Assembly (NCBI GenBank): GCA_958009085.1 | Contig: OY253682.1 | Span: forward strand, 868,001 to 932,000 | DNA from: Protoeuglena noctilucae | Lineage: Eukaryota | Direction: 5' to 3' | Length of the DNA stretch: 64,000 bases | Shown: positions 48,820 to 64,000 of the stretch, piece after piece | Position numbering within the stretch: the first letter of the stretch is position 1 | How the letters are laid out: each line of letters starts with the position of its first letter | Notes under the pieces: generated by a model | The model's input: the letters and a program-made list of their open reading frames with translations, nothing else | Told to the model about the DNA's origin: nothing | The model's database searches: none | Program-made: the position numbers and the translations under genes

Positions 48820-50861
48820 TCACCCGCCACCCCCGCGTCGACCTTCCCCTCGGCCCTCTTGAGCTGCTGCTCCCACCGGTCGCACGCCGCCGCCGCCTGC
48901 CCCGCCTCCTTCTCCGCCACCGCCTCCCCCACGCGACCCCTGGCCGCATCCTCCGTCAGCTCCTCCAGAGAGCGGGCCAGGTCACGGGCCTCGCGGGAGA
49001 CGCGGAGGGCCTCGTCGCGAGCAGACTGGGGGGAAAGGAGAGGGGGAGGGGGGTGGTGTGATGGTGGATGAGGGGTGATGCGATGGTGGATGTGTGTGGG
49101 ACGGGACTGGCGACGCATGAGGGGTGAGGGGATTGGTCTTGTTTGATACACACAAAGTATCAGCGACAGACGCTATGCATGCATGGACGCCGCGGTTGCT
49201 GTCCCCTTGACCTCATCATTGATGCCATCCACGCATGCGCTACATAGTCATCCCTAGTCGCCACCGTCGTCACCTGCGCCATGGGTCCCTCGGCCTTGGA
49301 CAGCGCCGCCCGCAGCGCATTCGCCGCCTCGCGCACCGCGTCAGCCGCCGGGGCATCCCCCGCAGCGTCCGCCTCCCTCGCCGCCTCATCCGCCAAAGCA
49401 CCGCCGCCCGCCACGCGATTGACGTCCACGCGAAGACCCGTGCAGCGCTGCACGAGGCTCTGGGCGATGCGCTCGGCCATCACGACGCGCTGCGACGCCG
49501 AGCGGAGCGTCTCGACGGCGGCGGCAGCCGAGGGGGTGGCGGGGGTCACGGACGGGCCCGGGATGGGGGAGGAGGGGCGCGGGGTGGAGGTGGGGGGGCC
49601 GGGGGGAGAGCCCGTCAGGACCGCGGAGGCGCTCGGGGGCGGGCGCACGCCGGGCTTGGTGCGGAGGAGCGAGGCCGCGGCGGAGGTGAGGATGTGCGAC
49701 TGCGGGGAGGCGGGGAGGTGGGCGGTGGGCGGTGGGGATGATGCATGGATGAGGCAGCTGGACGGGGAGGGTTGCGGGGGTGTGCGTGGGGTTGACAGGG
49801 ACCCTTCGAGAGCGAGAAAGATGGGGCAGAGGCTGGCGCAGTGAGGCAGGCAGAGGGTCAAAGCACGCGTCTGATGATGCCACAGCCCCACGCATCTCTC
49901 ACAACATCACTCCGTGCCTCTCACCAGGATGCCGATGGGCCCGCACATGAAGCAGAGGAGCGCGGTGTGTGCGAAGGGCACTGCGCGCGCGGCCGCGTCC
50001 CAGAAGAGCTGCCGCGCAAGCACGACGTCGAGCAAAAGCAAGTGTGTCCATACGGTGGCGGTGAAGTGCGAGCGGATGAACTGGGCGGCGAGCTGGGGGA
50101 CGCGCACGTACGAGGAGATGACGTCCTGCCACGTCGCGGTGGCGGCGGGGACGCCCGCGCGGAAAACGTCCGCCACGCTGCAGGCACAGACACATGGGGG
50201 CGCTGTGAGCGCGCGCGAGGGCCCCGGCGCAGCACGAGGGCAGAGGCGGGTCGTTCAGAGAGCATAGATCGCGAAACTGGGGTAGATCGGGCAGCGGGGC
50301 GGCCGGGCGGGCCGGCAGGGCGACCACGCACGGCCACGCCAGCGTACCTAGCCCAGTCGATGCTCCCCGCGAAGACCATGCCCACGTACACGAGCCCGAG
50401 AGCCGCGAAGAAGAGCCTGAGGCGATTGACGGGACGGCGGGGCCGATGAGGGCGGGCCGGGAGCGCGATGGGGCTCGAATGCGCGCACGGAACCCAAACA
50501 CTACGCGAGCTGCGCCAGCGGCCCGAAAGGGCGCAGCGTGGGCGCACCTGCTCGAAAGCAACTTCTTGGTGACGTCGCTCCTCGGTGCCACCACCATGAG
50601 CGCGTACATGGGCATCACGCTCAGCATGGCACCCGTGAAGACCGGGGCGGCAATGGGCGCGGCCCTCGCGGCCGTGTCCCGCCTGTCCTCGGTATCCCGC
50701 GGCTGCCCGGGCTTCCTGACCTCCAGGACGCCGAATCGCCGGCGGGCGGGCAGGCTCGGCGGCAGGGGGCCCGGCCTTTTCGGGAGGCTCCGGCCCTGGG
50801 CAAGGGCACCCGCTAAGGCGCGGGGACGGCCCAAGGGGACGGCAGACGCAGCGAACGCCAT
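48820..50861 (-). CDS. ABA4-like/DUF4281 membrane protein with C-terminal helical extension; 3' end uncertain near the gap
   Basis: MPMYALMVVAPRS; WTHLLLLDVVLARQLFWD; HTALLCFMCGPIGIL|SHILT; further Ala/Glu-rich exons. Confidence 0.75.
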
Positions 50862-51365
50862 CGATCAGCTATTCGCGCCTCTCCCTCGCCGTCCCGGCCT
50901 CTTCTCCTCCGATGCTTCGCTGGGGCCGATCCGAAAAGATCCTGCCCTTTTCCTCAAGGATCCGATCGCTGAAAGGCCAGACCGCTTTCCTGGCTTGCAG
51001 GATATTGTTTTTTACAGCTTCCCGGCACCCGATTGCTGGAAGAATCGGCGGCCACTCGCAGCAGACTGGCAGCAAGGGCGGAATGCACGCAGCGAATATG
51101 ATACGGAACGGAAGGCGGTGATAAGCTACGACGGGGTGACAGTGATATCCAGTTCCGGGACCGGGTGCTAACGGTGCTAGTGCAGCGGGAGGTCAGTAAA
51201 CAACGGGGCAGGCGCGGATGGGCGAACAGGGAGGCACAGAGGGCGGGCGGGCGGCAAACTGCGCGCCCGTGATGCAAGAATCTCTGGACGGGGCCGCATC
51301 ACAGCGACCCTATGCCTGCGCTCACATCACACGGCGCAGGCGCTCCACACGCCCCTCGTCGCAGA

Positions 51366-54333
51366 TCAGGGCTCCTCCATGGACGCATCCGAGCTCTTCT
51401 TGCGCCGTAGCATGCGCTTGAGGCTCTCCATCGTGGACGGCTTCTGCGGGGAGACGCGCACGGTGTCACGGCTGACCTGCGCATGGATCGCACGCCCGCA
51501 CACCGCCCGCCATCCGTGCTACCGCCCCTCACCTCCCTCCTCCCCTCCCCCACCGACCCCTCCGGCGCCTTGCTGCCCTTCTTCAGCCGCGACGACACCC
51601 CCCGCGACACGGCGGGGCTGTGGGAGTCGGACGACACGTTGCCACCCGCCGCCGACCAGTGCGACGTGGCCGACAGGGGCGTCTCGCCCGCGCCGCTCCC
51701 CACCAGGCGCGCGCCCGCGGAACCTCCCGGGCTCCCGCGGTCCACCCCGCCGCTCCCCGGCAGCACCGTAAGGCTGCCCCCGTGCGGGCGCTTCACGGTG
51801 GGGGCCAGGCCCCCCTGGTCCCACGGCAGCACGTGCGTCGAGGAGTCGAGGCCCGACGGCAGCGCCGCGCTCTGCCCGGGCGCCCCGAGCGTCGCGGAGA
51901 GGCCCCCGGCACCCCCCAGCGCAGCGCTGGGTGGGATGCCGCGCAATGCGGGCGGAGGACCGAGGGGTGGCGCGGCCCCGTGTGGCAGCGAGTGGGACGA
52001 CCGCTCCACCGTCGCGCCCAGCGCGGACGAGGGGATGAAGTGGCCGGCGCCGAAGCGCCCCGCGCCCCCGTTCCCCGCTCCGGCTGCCGCGCCCCCCGCC
52101 GCTGCCGCCGCTGCTTGCGCGGCCTGGTTGGCGGCGAATGCCTGCTGCGCGCGGCTGAGCACGTCCGTGGACGGCCCGACGCTGTCGTTGGACGCCCCGG
52201 AGTTGGCGCGCGAGGCAGGATTGAGCCGCGAGTGCATGGGCTGCCCCCGCACGCGCCATGCAGGTGCGCCTGAGGGCGGCTCTTCCCCCGAAGGCACCGC
52301 CAGGGACCCCGCGGGCCGCTTGGCCGGGGCTGGGCCCTCCCCCGGCAGCCTGGCGTCGTCGGCTCGCATCTCCTGGGCGCTGGGTGACCCCTCGGAGTAG
52401 CTGAGGAGCGCCGAGGCGGCCAGGCGGAAGGCGTCGGGGTGCAGGGCCTCCCACTTGTCATTCGGCATGTGCTCTATGACCTGGAAGGGTGGGGAAGGGA
52501 TCGGGCGGGTGAGGAAGATGAGGTGAGAGCATCTGCGACCACGCTCGCTTGCAGAGGGTGCCGTTTGCATGTAGATGGTGCGGCTCTACCCAAACATACA
52601 CAGTAACACACACAGTGAAACCCTCGACAGCGATCATCACGCCTCCTGTCTCTCAGCCCCCTCTCCCATCGCTTCTCACCCACGGGTGGCTGTAGAGGTC
52701 GTAGGCCGTGGCCCGCACCGACGCATCGAACGTCAGGCACTGCTCCAGGAAGTCACGGGCGCCGGGGCTGCGGGGGAGATTATTAGCATTGATGAAAGCA
52801 AACAAGCGACGTGCACCCGCACACTGTAACCCCCAACATCCCCACCTGAGCTTCTCGTCATACCGCGGCTTCCCCGCGATGATGCTCTTGACGACGGCCT
52901 TGTCGTCCGGCCCGTTGAAGGGCGCGCGGTGCAGCAGGCACTCAAACGCGATGACCCCCAGCGCCCACACGTCCACGCTGGGGCCGTAGACGTTGCGCTG
53001 GGGCCTCGGGACCTGCTCGCGCATGGGCCCCGTGCGCTCCCGCGTGTCGTTCAGGAGCACCTCTGGCGCCATGAAGTGAAGCGTGCCCAGCCGCGTGAGG
53101 GGGCGGTGGTGCGCCAGGCACACCGAGAAACCGAAGTCCGTCAGGAGCACGTGGGAGCCCTGGGGGTGGAAGAAGCGGAATGAAAGCGGTGAGGTGTGCA
53201 CTGGTGGTTAAACACGAGAACCCACCGTGATCGCTCTCGGTGCTACTCCATGCATCACAGGTAGGTGTAGCAGTGGTGCGATCGGGAAGCCATCGGCGGT
53301 GCGTCTGTGACATACCTGGAGGAGCACGTTCTCCGGCTTCAAGTCCCTGTGGATGACGCTGCTCTGGTGCATGGACGCGATGGCGGACAGGAGCGGTCCC
53401 ACGATGTGCTTCACGACTGGGCCCTCGTCCTGGCGAATCTCAGGCAGGCGACGGTACAGATCGCCGTCCTCCGCGAGACTGCGGGGGCGGAGGCGGTCGG
53501 GGTGACAAAAGGCGAGGGCCCATGGCTGTCGTGCAACAGCGTGCGTGTCAATGGCACCTGTCGCGTTGCGTGTAACGCGACCCCGCAGCGCGGGATCGGG
53601 GCGCGTGACAGGCGCTCACCCCGACACGATGCACAGGTAGGGAGCGTCCTCGAAAGCGGCGTACATTCCCAGAATGTGAGGGTGGGCCAGGCGCCCGTGG
53701 ATCGAAACCTCCATGTTGACCCCCCGCAGCGTCGCGGCCGATAAGCTCGGCTTGTGATACACCTGCGGAGGAGGAAAGAGGGGGGAATCGAGTCGCGGGA
53801 TGAACGGGGCCCGGCGGGATCGGCCGGGCGCGGGCGAGGGGGAGGGCGGAACGGTCCAAAGATGGGGCGCCACCGCGATGCGCAGACGGGGCGAGCGCGG
53901 CTGGGTCGGGAAGAGGGGGTCGAAAGGTGTGCGAGAGGCCCGCGACGACGCACCTTCAGCGCGACCTTGATGTTCGTGAGGATGTCGACCGCCATGTAGA
54001 CCTGGGATGCAAAGCCCCGGCCAATTTTCTGCAGGCGCAGGAACCGGCTCATCTCCCAGCCGCCCTGGGCCGCCATACGGTCCGGACAGCATGGCGAAAC
54101 GAAGGGGAGCTCGACCGGATCCCCGGGACGCTCAGTGAGGACGCCTGCGGAGGAGGGTCCGGCCCCAGCGTCGGACATGCCCGCATCGGAAAGACGGCAG
54201 CGGCGCGCGATAGACACTACATTTGAGAGACGGGAGGGCGGGCCGTTTCGAGTCCAAGCGCCCTGGCCGAGGAGCTCACCCGACTTGGCTGGGCTGAGTC
54301 CGACGGGCAGCAGGCCGAGCTCTGATGCAGCCA
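51366..54333 (-). CDS. Aurora-like Ser/Thr kinase
   Basis: KIGRGFASQVY; VALKVY; EVSIHGRLAHPHI; HRDLKPENV; TDFGFS; LGTLHFMAPEV; DVWALGV. Confidence 0.92.
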
Positions 54334-54722
54334 TGGCGCCCGCGTGCCTCTCCCTCCCGATAGGACGTCGTGAAATCAGGCAAGCATCCGACCCCGCCTC
54401 GCTGGGGGGCCGAAACCTTCCCCCCTCGCGTCGAGCTTGCCGCGCACACGGCGAATCCCGCGCTCAGATTGCAGCTCACGCTCCAGACTTCTCGACGACA
54501 AGCGTCGTCGGCCGAGGAACCCGCGCGTGGCGTCGCACTGGGGGACCGCCAGCTGGGTTTCCCCCGCTTCCTCGCTTCGCCTGGATAACGCGCCCGGGTG
54601 CCGCAAACCGGTCTCAGTCATCTCATTCAACGTACAGGCGATCATCCCTGTCAGCCAGGCCACCCCCGCGCATCCCGGGGTGCCGGGCGGCTGCCTGCAC
54701 TGTGCGGGCGTGCTGAGCGCGT

Positions 54723-58904
<4,182 letters not shown>

Positions 58905-59186
58905 AGGGTTCGAATCTCTAATCCCTGCCTGATGGGATCCATGGCTAGTGTAGTATACTACCCTTGGTAGTGCCCCCTTCCCTTGCGATGTTTGCGATGG
59001 CGAGAGTCGAGAGTCCAGACGTGTAACCGGAGTTATACCGTAACTCTATGGCATTTCAAAAGCATCGACGGCGAATGAAAGCCAGCCACTCATGGTCAAG
59101 ACGGCAAGCAGCTCCTACTCCAAACTCGCACATCGAGACACAAGCGCACACCACGCACCCTCCCCCCATGCTACGCTGCCCCGCAG

Positions 59187-62100
59187 TCACGCGATGGCGT
59201 GCTGATTGAGCAGCTCCTCGCACTGTATGAGCTGGTAGATGTGTTTTAGGTAATACATGTTGTCGGTCCCCAGTATGCCCTGTAAATCGGCCACCGTGTG
59301 CTCGTCGGCTGACCCGGACTCGGAAGCACGGGACGCCTGGTCCTCCAGGCGACTGCGACAAGATGAGGGGATTGAGTATTATTAGATATGGTATCATTAG
59401 AGGTTGCAGCTGTGACGACTGTGACTCGGAAGCGCGGGAAGCCTGGTTCTCCAGGCGACTGCGGATGGGGGGGGGATGAATGACTGGTGCAAGAGCCTAT
59501 TGCTCAAACAAACAAACACGACGCGGGGTTGTCCCCACCCTTCCAACCCCCCCACCCCTCGTCTCGCCAACACAGCCATTCATTGTCGAACGCATCTCCT
59601 CCCCCATCCGCACCCCATCCCCCCCTCACCGGTACTGCTTTATAGAACCGGTCCTCCCCCATCCCCTCTTACCAGTATGGCCATAGCTAACATTGTCGTC
59701 TCATCTAACATCGTCATCTCCCCCATCTCCTCTCTCATCTCACCGGTATGCTTTGTAGAACCGGTCCTCTCCCAGCGTCTCCTCCAGGAACACCCGCAGC
59801 GCCTCGACCTTGGCAGCCAGCGACTCCCCCTCCTCGGCCGCGCGGGCGATGCGGGCGGCGTCGGGGGTGGCCGCGCCGGAGAGGGGGGATGCCTCGCCTG
59901 AGACGTCTGCGGTGTGGTGGGGGGGGAGCGTGGGGGGGGTCATGCCATGTATGGATGCGGTGATCGTGGGGTGACGTCTGCAGGGATGGGGGGGCGTGGG
60001 GGGGTCATGCCATGCGTGCGATGGTCACCGGGGTCATGCATACCACAGGTACTACCTTATCTACCTCGTCCCACCCCCCACCCCCAATCCCATCTCGCCC
60101 TCCCCCTCCTCATCATCCCACCCCATCCACCCCACATCCACTCATACCCCCCCATCTCCCTCACCCCTCACCCTCTACTCATCCCCACCCCACATCCACT
60201 CACACTCCCCACACACACAATCTCACCCTCCCCCTCCTCCTCGTCCACTCATCCCCACTCATACCCCCCCCATCTCATCTCATCTACTCATCCCCACACA
60301 TCCACTCACACCCCACACATCCATCTCCCCTCACCCTCCCCCTCCTCCTCGTCCAGCCCCAGCGACGGCCTGGCCTCGGGATCCGCGTACACCTCCTGCA
60401 TGTAGTTGATCATGGCGGCGAACTCGTACGCCTCACGCTCCTCGCGCTCCTCCTGCGCTTGTGTGACAGTGAGATAAGAGATGAGAGAGATGGGAGTATT
60501 GCATGTATAATAAGAGAGGTAGCGGCAGGTGGCCTGGTGTGACCAGGCCCGCATGCATGCACGGGAGAGGGAGAGGCGCATGCAAGCTCGCAAACAGCGC
60601 CGCCACTAGCATCATCCTACACCTTACACACTATCACCGGCAACCAACCGCAGTCACTCCCCACGCACAGCGCCGCCTCACCCCCTTGCCCCCCACACCC
60701 CCCGCGTCCGCCCCGGCGTCCACCACCCCCGCCCCCCCCCGCAACGCCACCAGCACCGGCGCCCCGTCCCCCCTCGCCGCGATGCCCCCCGCCACGTCAA
60801 TCGTCACTTTCGCCTCCCCCCCACCCCCACCCCCGCCCCCGCCCCCACCCCCCACGTCCCCCATCACTTTGCGGCGGTTGCGCTCGGCCTCCTCCCGCAT
60901 CCGCGCCCCCGCCTCTCTCTGGAAATCCCGCAACTCCCTCTCCCGCTGCAATCGCTCCGCTTCCAATCGATATCGCCTGCGCTCCATCGGGGCCAACGAG
61001 GGCCACTCCGAGGGGTCCCGCCGATCCCGACGCAGCAACTCTGACACCTGAGGGGGGTGTGTAAGAAAGGGATGGGGGGTTTGACAGTAGCGTTAAATCA
61101 ATGGTGAGTAAGCTTAGACTGTGTAAAACACACGACGCAGGTGGCGACTGCAGTAGTAACTCTGCCCCCACTCCTAACTCGCTTTGCAGATACAACATCC
61201 TAAACCCACGCACCACACATTACATCCCCGGCCTCTCACCTCCGGTGGGCACGGCGGCGCGTGGCCCACCGCCACCACCCCCGCCCCGGCAGGCGAGCGC
61301 GCGCGGCTGCCGTGCCCCGCGCTGCCGTTGGCCGCCCTGTAATGCGGGGGAGCATCTGCACTGTCTGGCTGCATTGCGCGGGTGCGGCTGGAGGTGGGGC
61401 GAGCGGCAGAGTGGGGTGGCGGCGAGGGGGAGGGGGAGAGGGAGGGGCGGGAGGGGAGGGGCGAGGGGGACGGGGATCGGGATTTGGCGTTTCCCGCCCC
61501 CGTCAGAATGCGTTTCACGCGGTCCTCGTCCGCCTGTGCGCGGGCGCGGTTGCGGGCCGCGGCCTCCTGCTGCTCCCTGCGTGGGTGGTGGGGGGGGTGG
61601 TATGGGTTATGTGAGGGTGATTGCTTTGTAAGTGTGGGGAGATGAGAGGGGGAGTGCTGAGGGGTTACATGACGATGGTTGCTTTGCGGATCTGGTCGGA
61701 ATGGGACCGCACCATTCGTGTCACCCGTCATCCCCTCACCTCCACATCTGCTTGCGCATCTCGTTGGAGATCGCCGCCTCCGACTGCGCCACGCTCCCCC
61801 GCGACCCCTCCCCCCGCAGCGCCCCGCTGCCCTGCTCCCCGGGACTGGACCGCCCCCGCGCCCGCCCCCGCTCCTCGCCCCACCCCGCACCCCTCCCCCG
61901 ATCGTCATACCCTGGCTGGCTCGCGCCCCCACCGTGCAGCTGCTCTAAATAACGCTGCCGGTTGCGCGCCGCCTCCTCTCTCGCGTCCATGTGAGCCCTG
62001 CGCGCGGCTGCTTCGTCCATCGGCCCCACCCACGAGGGGCGCTTGGATGGGCCGGAGGGGGCGGGGGCGGGCGAGCGCGGGCGGTGGCTGGGGGAGGGGG

Positions 62101-64000
62101 GGGCGGCGTCGCTGGGCATCGGGCTGCTGAGGGAAGGGGGGGGAGGGGGGGTGATGGGCTGGTGATAGGTGGATAGGGTGGTTGCTGGGTGCAGTAGGGG
62201 CGCGAGAGCGGCTGCAACAGTGCTGACCCCAATGACATGTAACCCCATCTACACCCTCACACCCCTGCTACCCCCATCCCACCAACCCCCACACCCCATC
62301 TACTCCCCACCACACCCCCCACCCCCCCTCCCCACTCACCGTCCCCCCGGCACGGCCACCGCCACTCCCCCCCACATGTCATCCTCGGCCGCCCTCCTGT
62401 TCTTGGCAGCCGCCCTCCTCCTCTCCTCCCACTCCCGCTTCCTCTCTTCCTCAGCCTTGCGCTTCTCTTCAGCCACCCTCCGCCTCTCCTCCTCAACCGC
62501 TCGTCGTGCCTCGCGCTCCCTCATCCGATCACGCTCGGCCTTCTCTGCGGCTAGCCGCTCCCTCTCCGCGGCAAGGAGAGCGGCTTTCTCCATTTCCACG
62601 CGCTGCCTGGGGGGAGGGGGAGGTGAGGGGTGTGGGTTGGTGGGGTAGGGGCCGGGCGGTGGTGGTGGCGGAGGGGTGGAGAGGGGGCGGGTGGTCGGAC
62701 AGACGGGGCACGAAGCACTGATATGCCTTTTGCTAAGATAGCAACGATTTTAAGCCACTGCCACCGACCGTCAGCACCACCCACCCACCCCACCGCCCCT
62801 CCCATCCCTCACCTGCGCATGTCCTCCAGTTGCCTCCTCTGCCCCTCCAGCTCCATCTGCTGCATCTCCAGCCTCGCCAGCTCCCCCTGCCGCTTGGCCC
62901 GCAGCGCGTTTACCTCCGCGGCCTTCTGCGCCTCGGCCGCCGCGCGCTGCCGGGCACTCTCGGCGCGCTCTCTGGGTGGGAGGGAGGGGAGTGAAGGGAC
63001 ATGGTAACGGACTCTGCTGTCATTCATTGCTACCTCGCCACCCTCTCCCTCTCCCTCAGCCTCCCCATGTCGTCATCTGCACAGCTACACCCCTCATCCC
63101 CCCTCACCTGCTGACCCTCTCCCTCTCCCTCAGCTCCGCCTCTGCCTTTGCCCTCTCTTCTTCCAGCTGCTGACGACGTGCCTCCAACTCACGCTCGCGG
63201 CGAGCCTTGAACTCCGTCAGCTTGCGCAGCTCCTCCTCCTTCTGAAGGGGGGAGACATGCGATGGATGCATTGGTTCGTTTGATATGGTGCGATACCCAA
63301 CCGCGGATAATGTGGTCACATGTGACTGCACCACCCATCCCTTCACTCGTCACTTGCACCATCTCCCTCACAATTAATTAATACCCATCCCCCTCTACCC
63401 ACCCCATTCACCTGCACGATCTCCGACGCACGTCTTGTGGGCGACCCGGGCACGCCTCCCGTGGGGGTGGGGGTGCGGGCGCGGGCGGGAGCGGGCGCCA
63501 CCCCCGCGGCCTTGCCCGCCACGACCACGCCGTGCACGCGGGGGGGGGTGGGGGTGCGGGAGCGGAGAGCGGAGGCGCGGGGCGGGGGTGTGCCGCCGCG
63601 GGGGGGGGTGGGGTTGCGCGAGGGCGGCTGGGAGCGGCTGGCCGTGGAGGCGGTGGCGGAGGCGGAGGCGGAAGACGCGGCGCTGGCCCGGCTGCGGGGG
63701 TGGGGGTGGGGGTGGGGATTGGTGTGTTGTCGCACAAGCACGCATGATTGCCGCAAGGGTGTGCAGGTGCAGCGTAGTACTAAGAAAACAGCTGCTTTGC
63801 GTAGTACTTAATTCATACCCCTCCCCCCATGTATGCCCCCCCTTGCCTGGGCATGCGGTCGAGGTGTCCCCGGAGCGTGGGCACCAGCTGCCCCGGCGCG
63901 GGCGGCAGGTGGATGACGGTGTGGGAGAACTCCTTGTTCATGACCGTGGCGGAGAGGAACCGCTCAATGCGCTCTTTCAAAATAGGCTCCTGCAGCACCT
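59187..64000 (-). CDS. NIMA-related kinase (NEK1-like), C-terminal portion; kinase domain outside the window
   Basis: LQEPILKERIERFLSATVMNKEFSHTVIH (post-kinase segment), long coiled coil, C-terminal KVEALRVFLEETLGEDRFYKAYR...IYQLIQCEE. Confidence 0.78.

Overview
Intron-rich, GC-rich eukaryotic nuclear DNA, most likely from a green alga (plastid-targeted PsbP, LPA3, TIC56, CtpA and ABA4 homologues; GT-AG and GC-AG introns). About 17 host genes are tightly packed: two Aurora-like kinases, PEN-2, PsbP-domain, TIC56-like, pseudouridine synthase, IRE1, an unknown membrane protein, rhodanese, eIF4G, LPA3, a Kv channel, serine carboxypeptidase, CtpA, ABA4-like, a DEAH helicase and a NEK kinase tail. 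The main find is a ~7.5 kb island (~20.5-28.1 kb) carrying a minus-strand, 11-exon Fanzor1 (eukaryotic TnpB-like RNA-guided nuclease) of ~1,500 aa. It has an intact RuvC D-E-D triad, one unresolved splice-phase junction, an unusual hydrophobic N-terminal extension and no recognisable transposase. A multi-hairpin omega-RNA candidate lies downstream, and there are possible Helitron-like ends. Other notable items are an IRE1 with C-terminal tandem CCCH zinc fingers, a pre-miRNA-like hairpin, many copies of exon ends inside neighbouring introns, and a dispersed intronic minisatellite. All gene models were spliced by eye and no searches were run.
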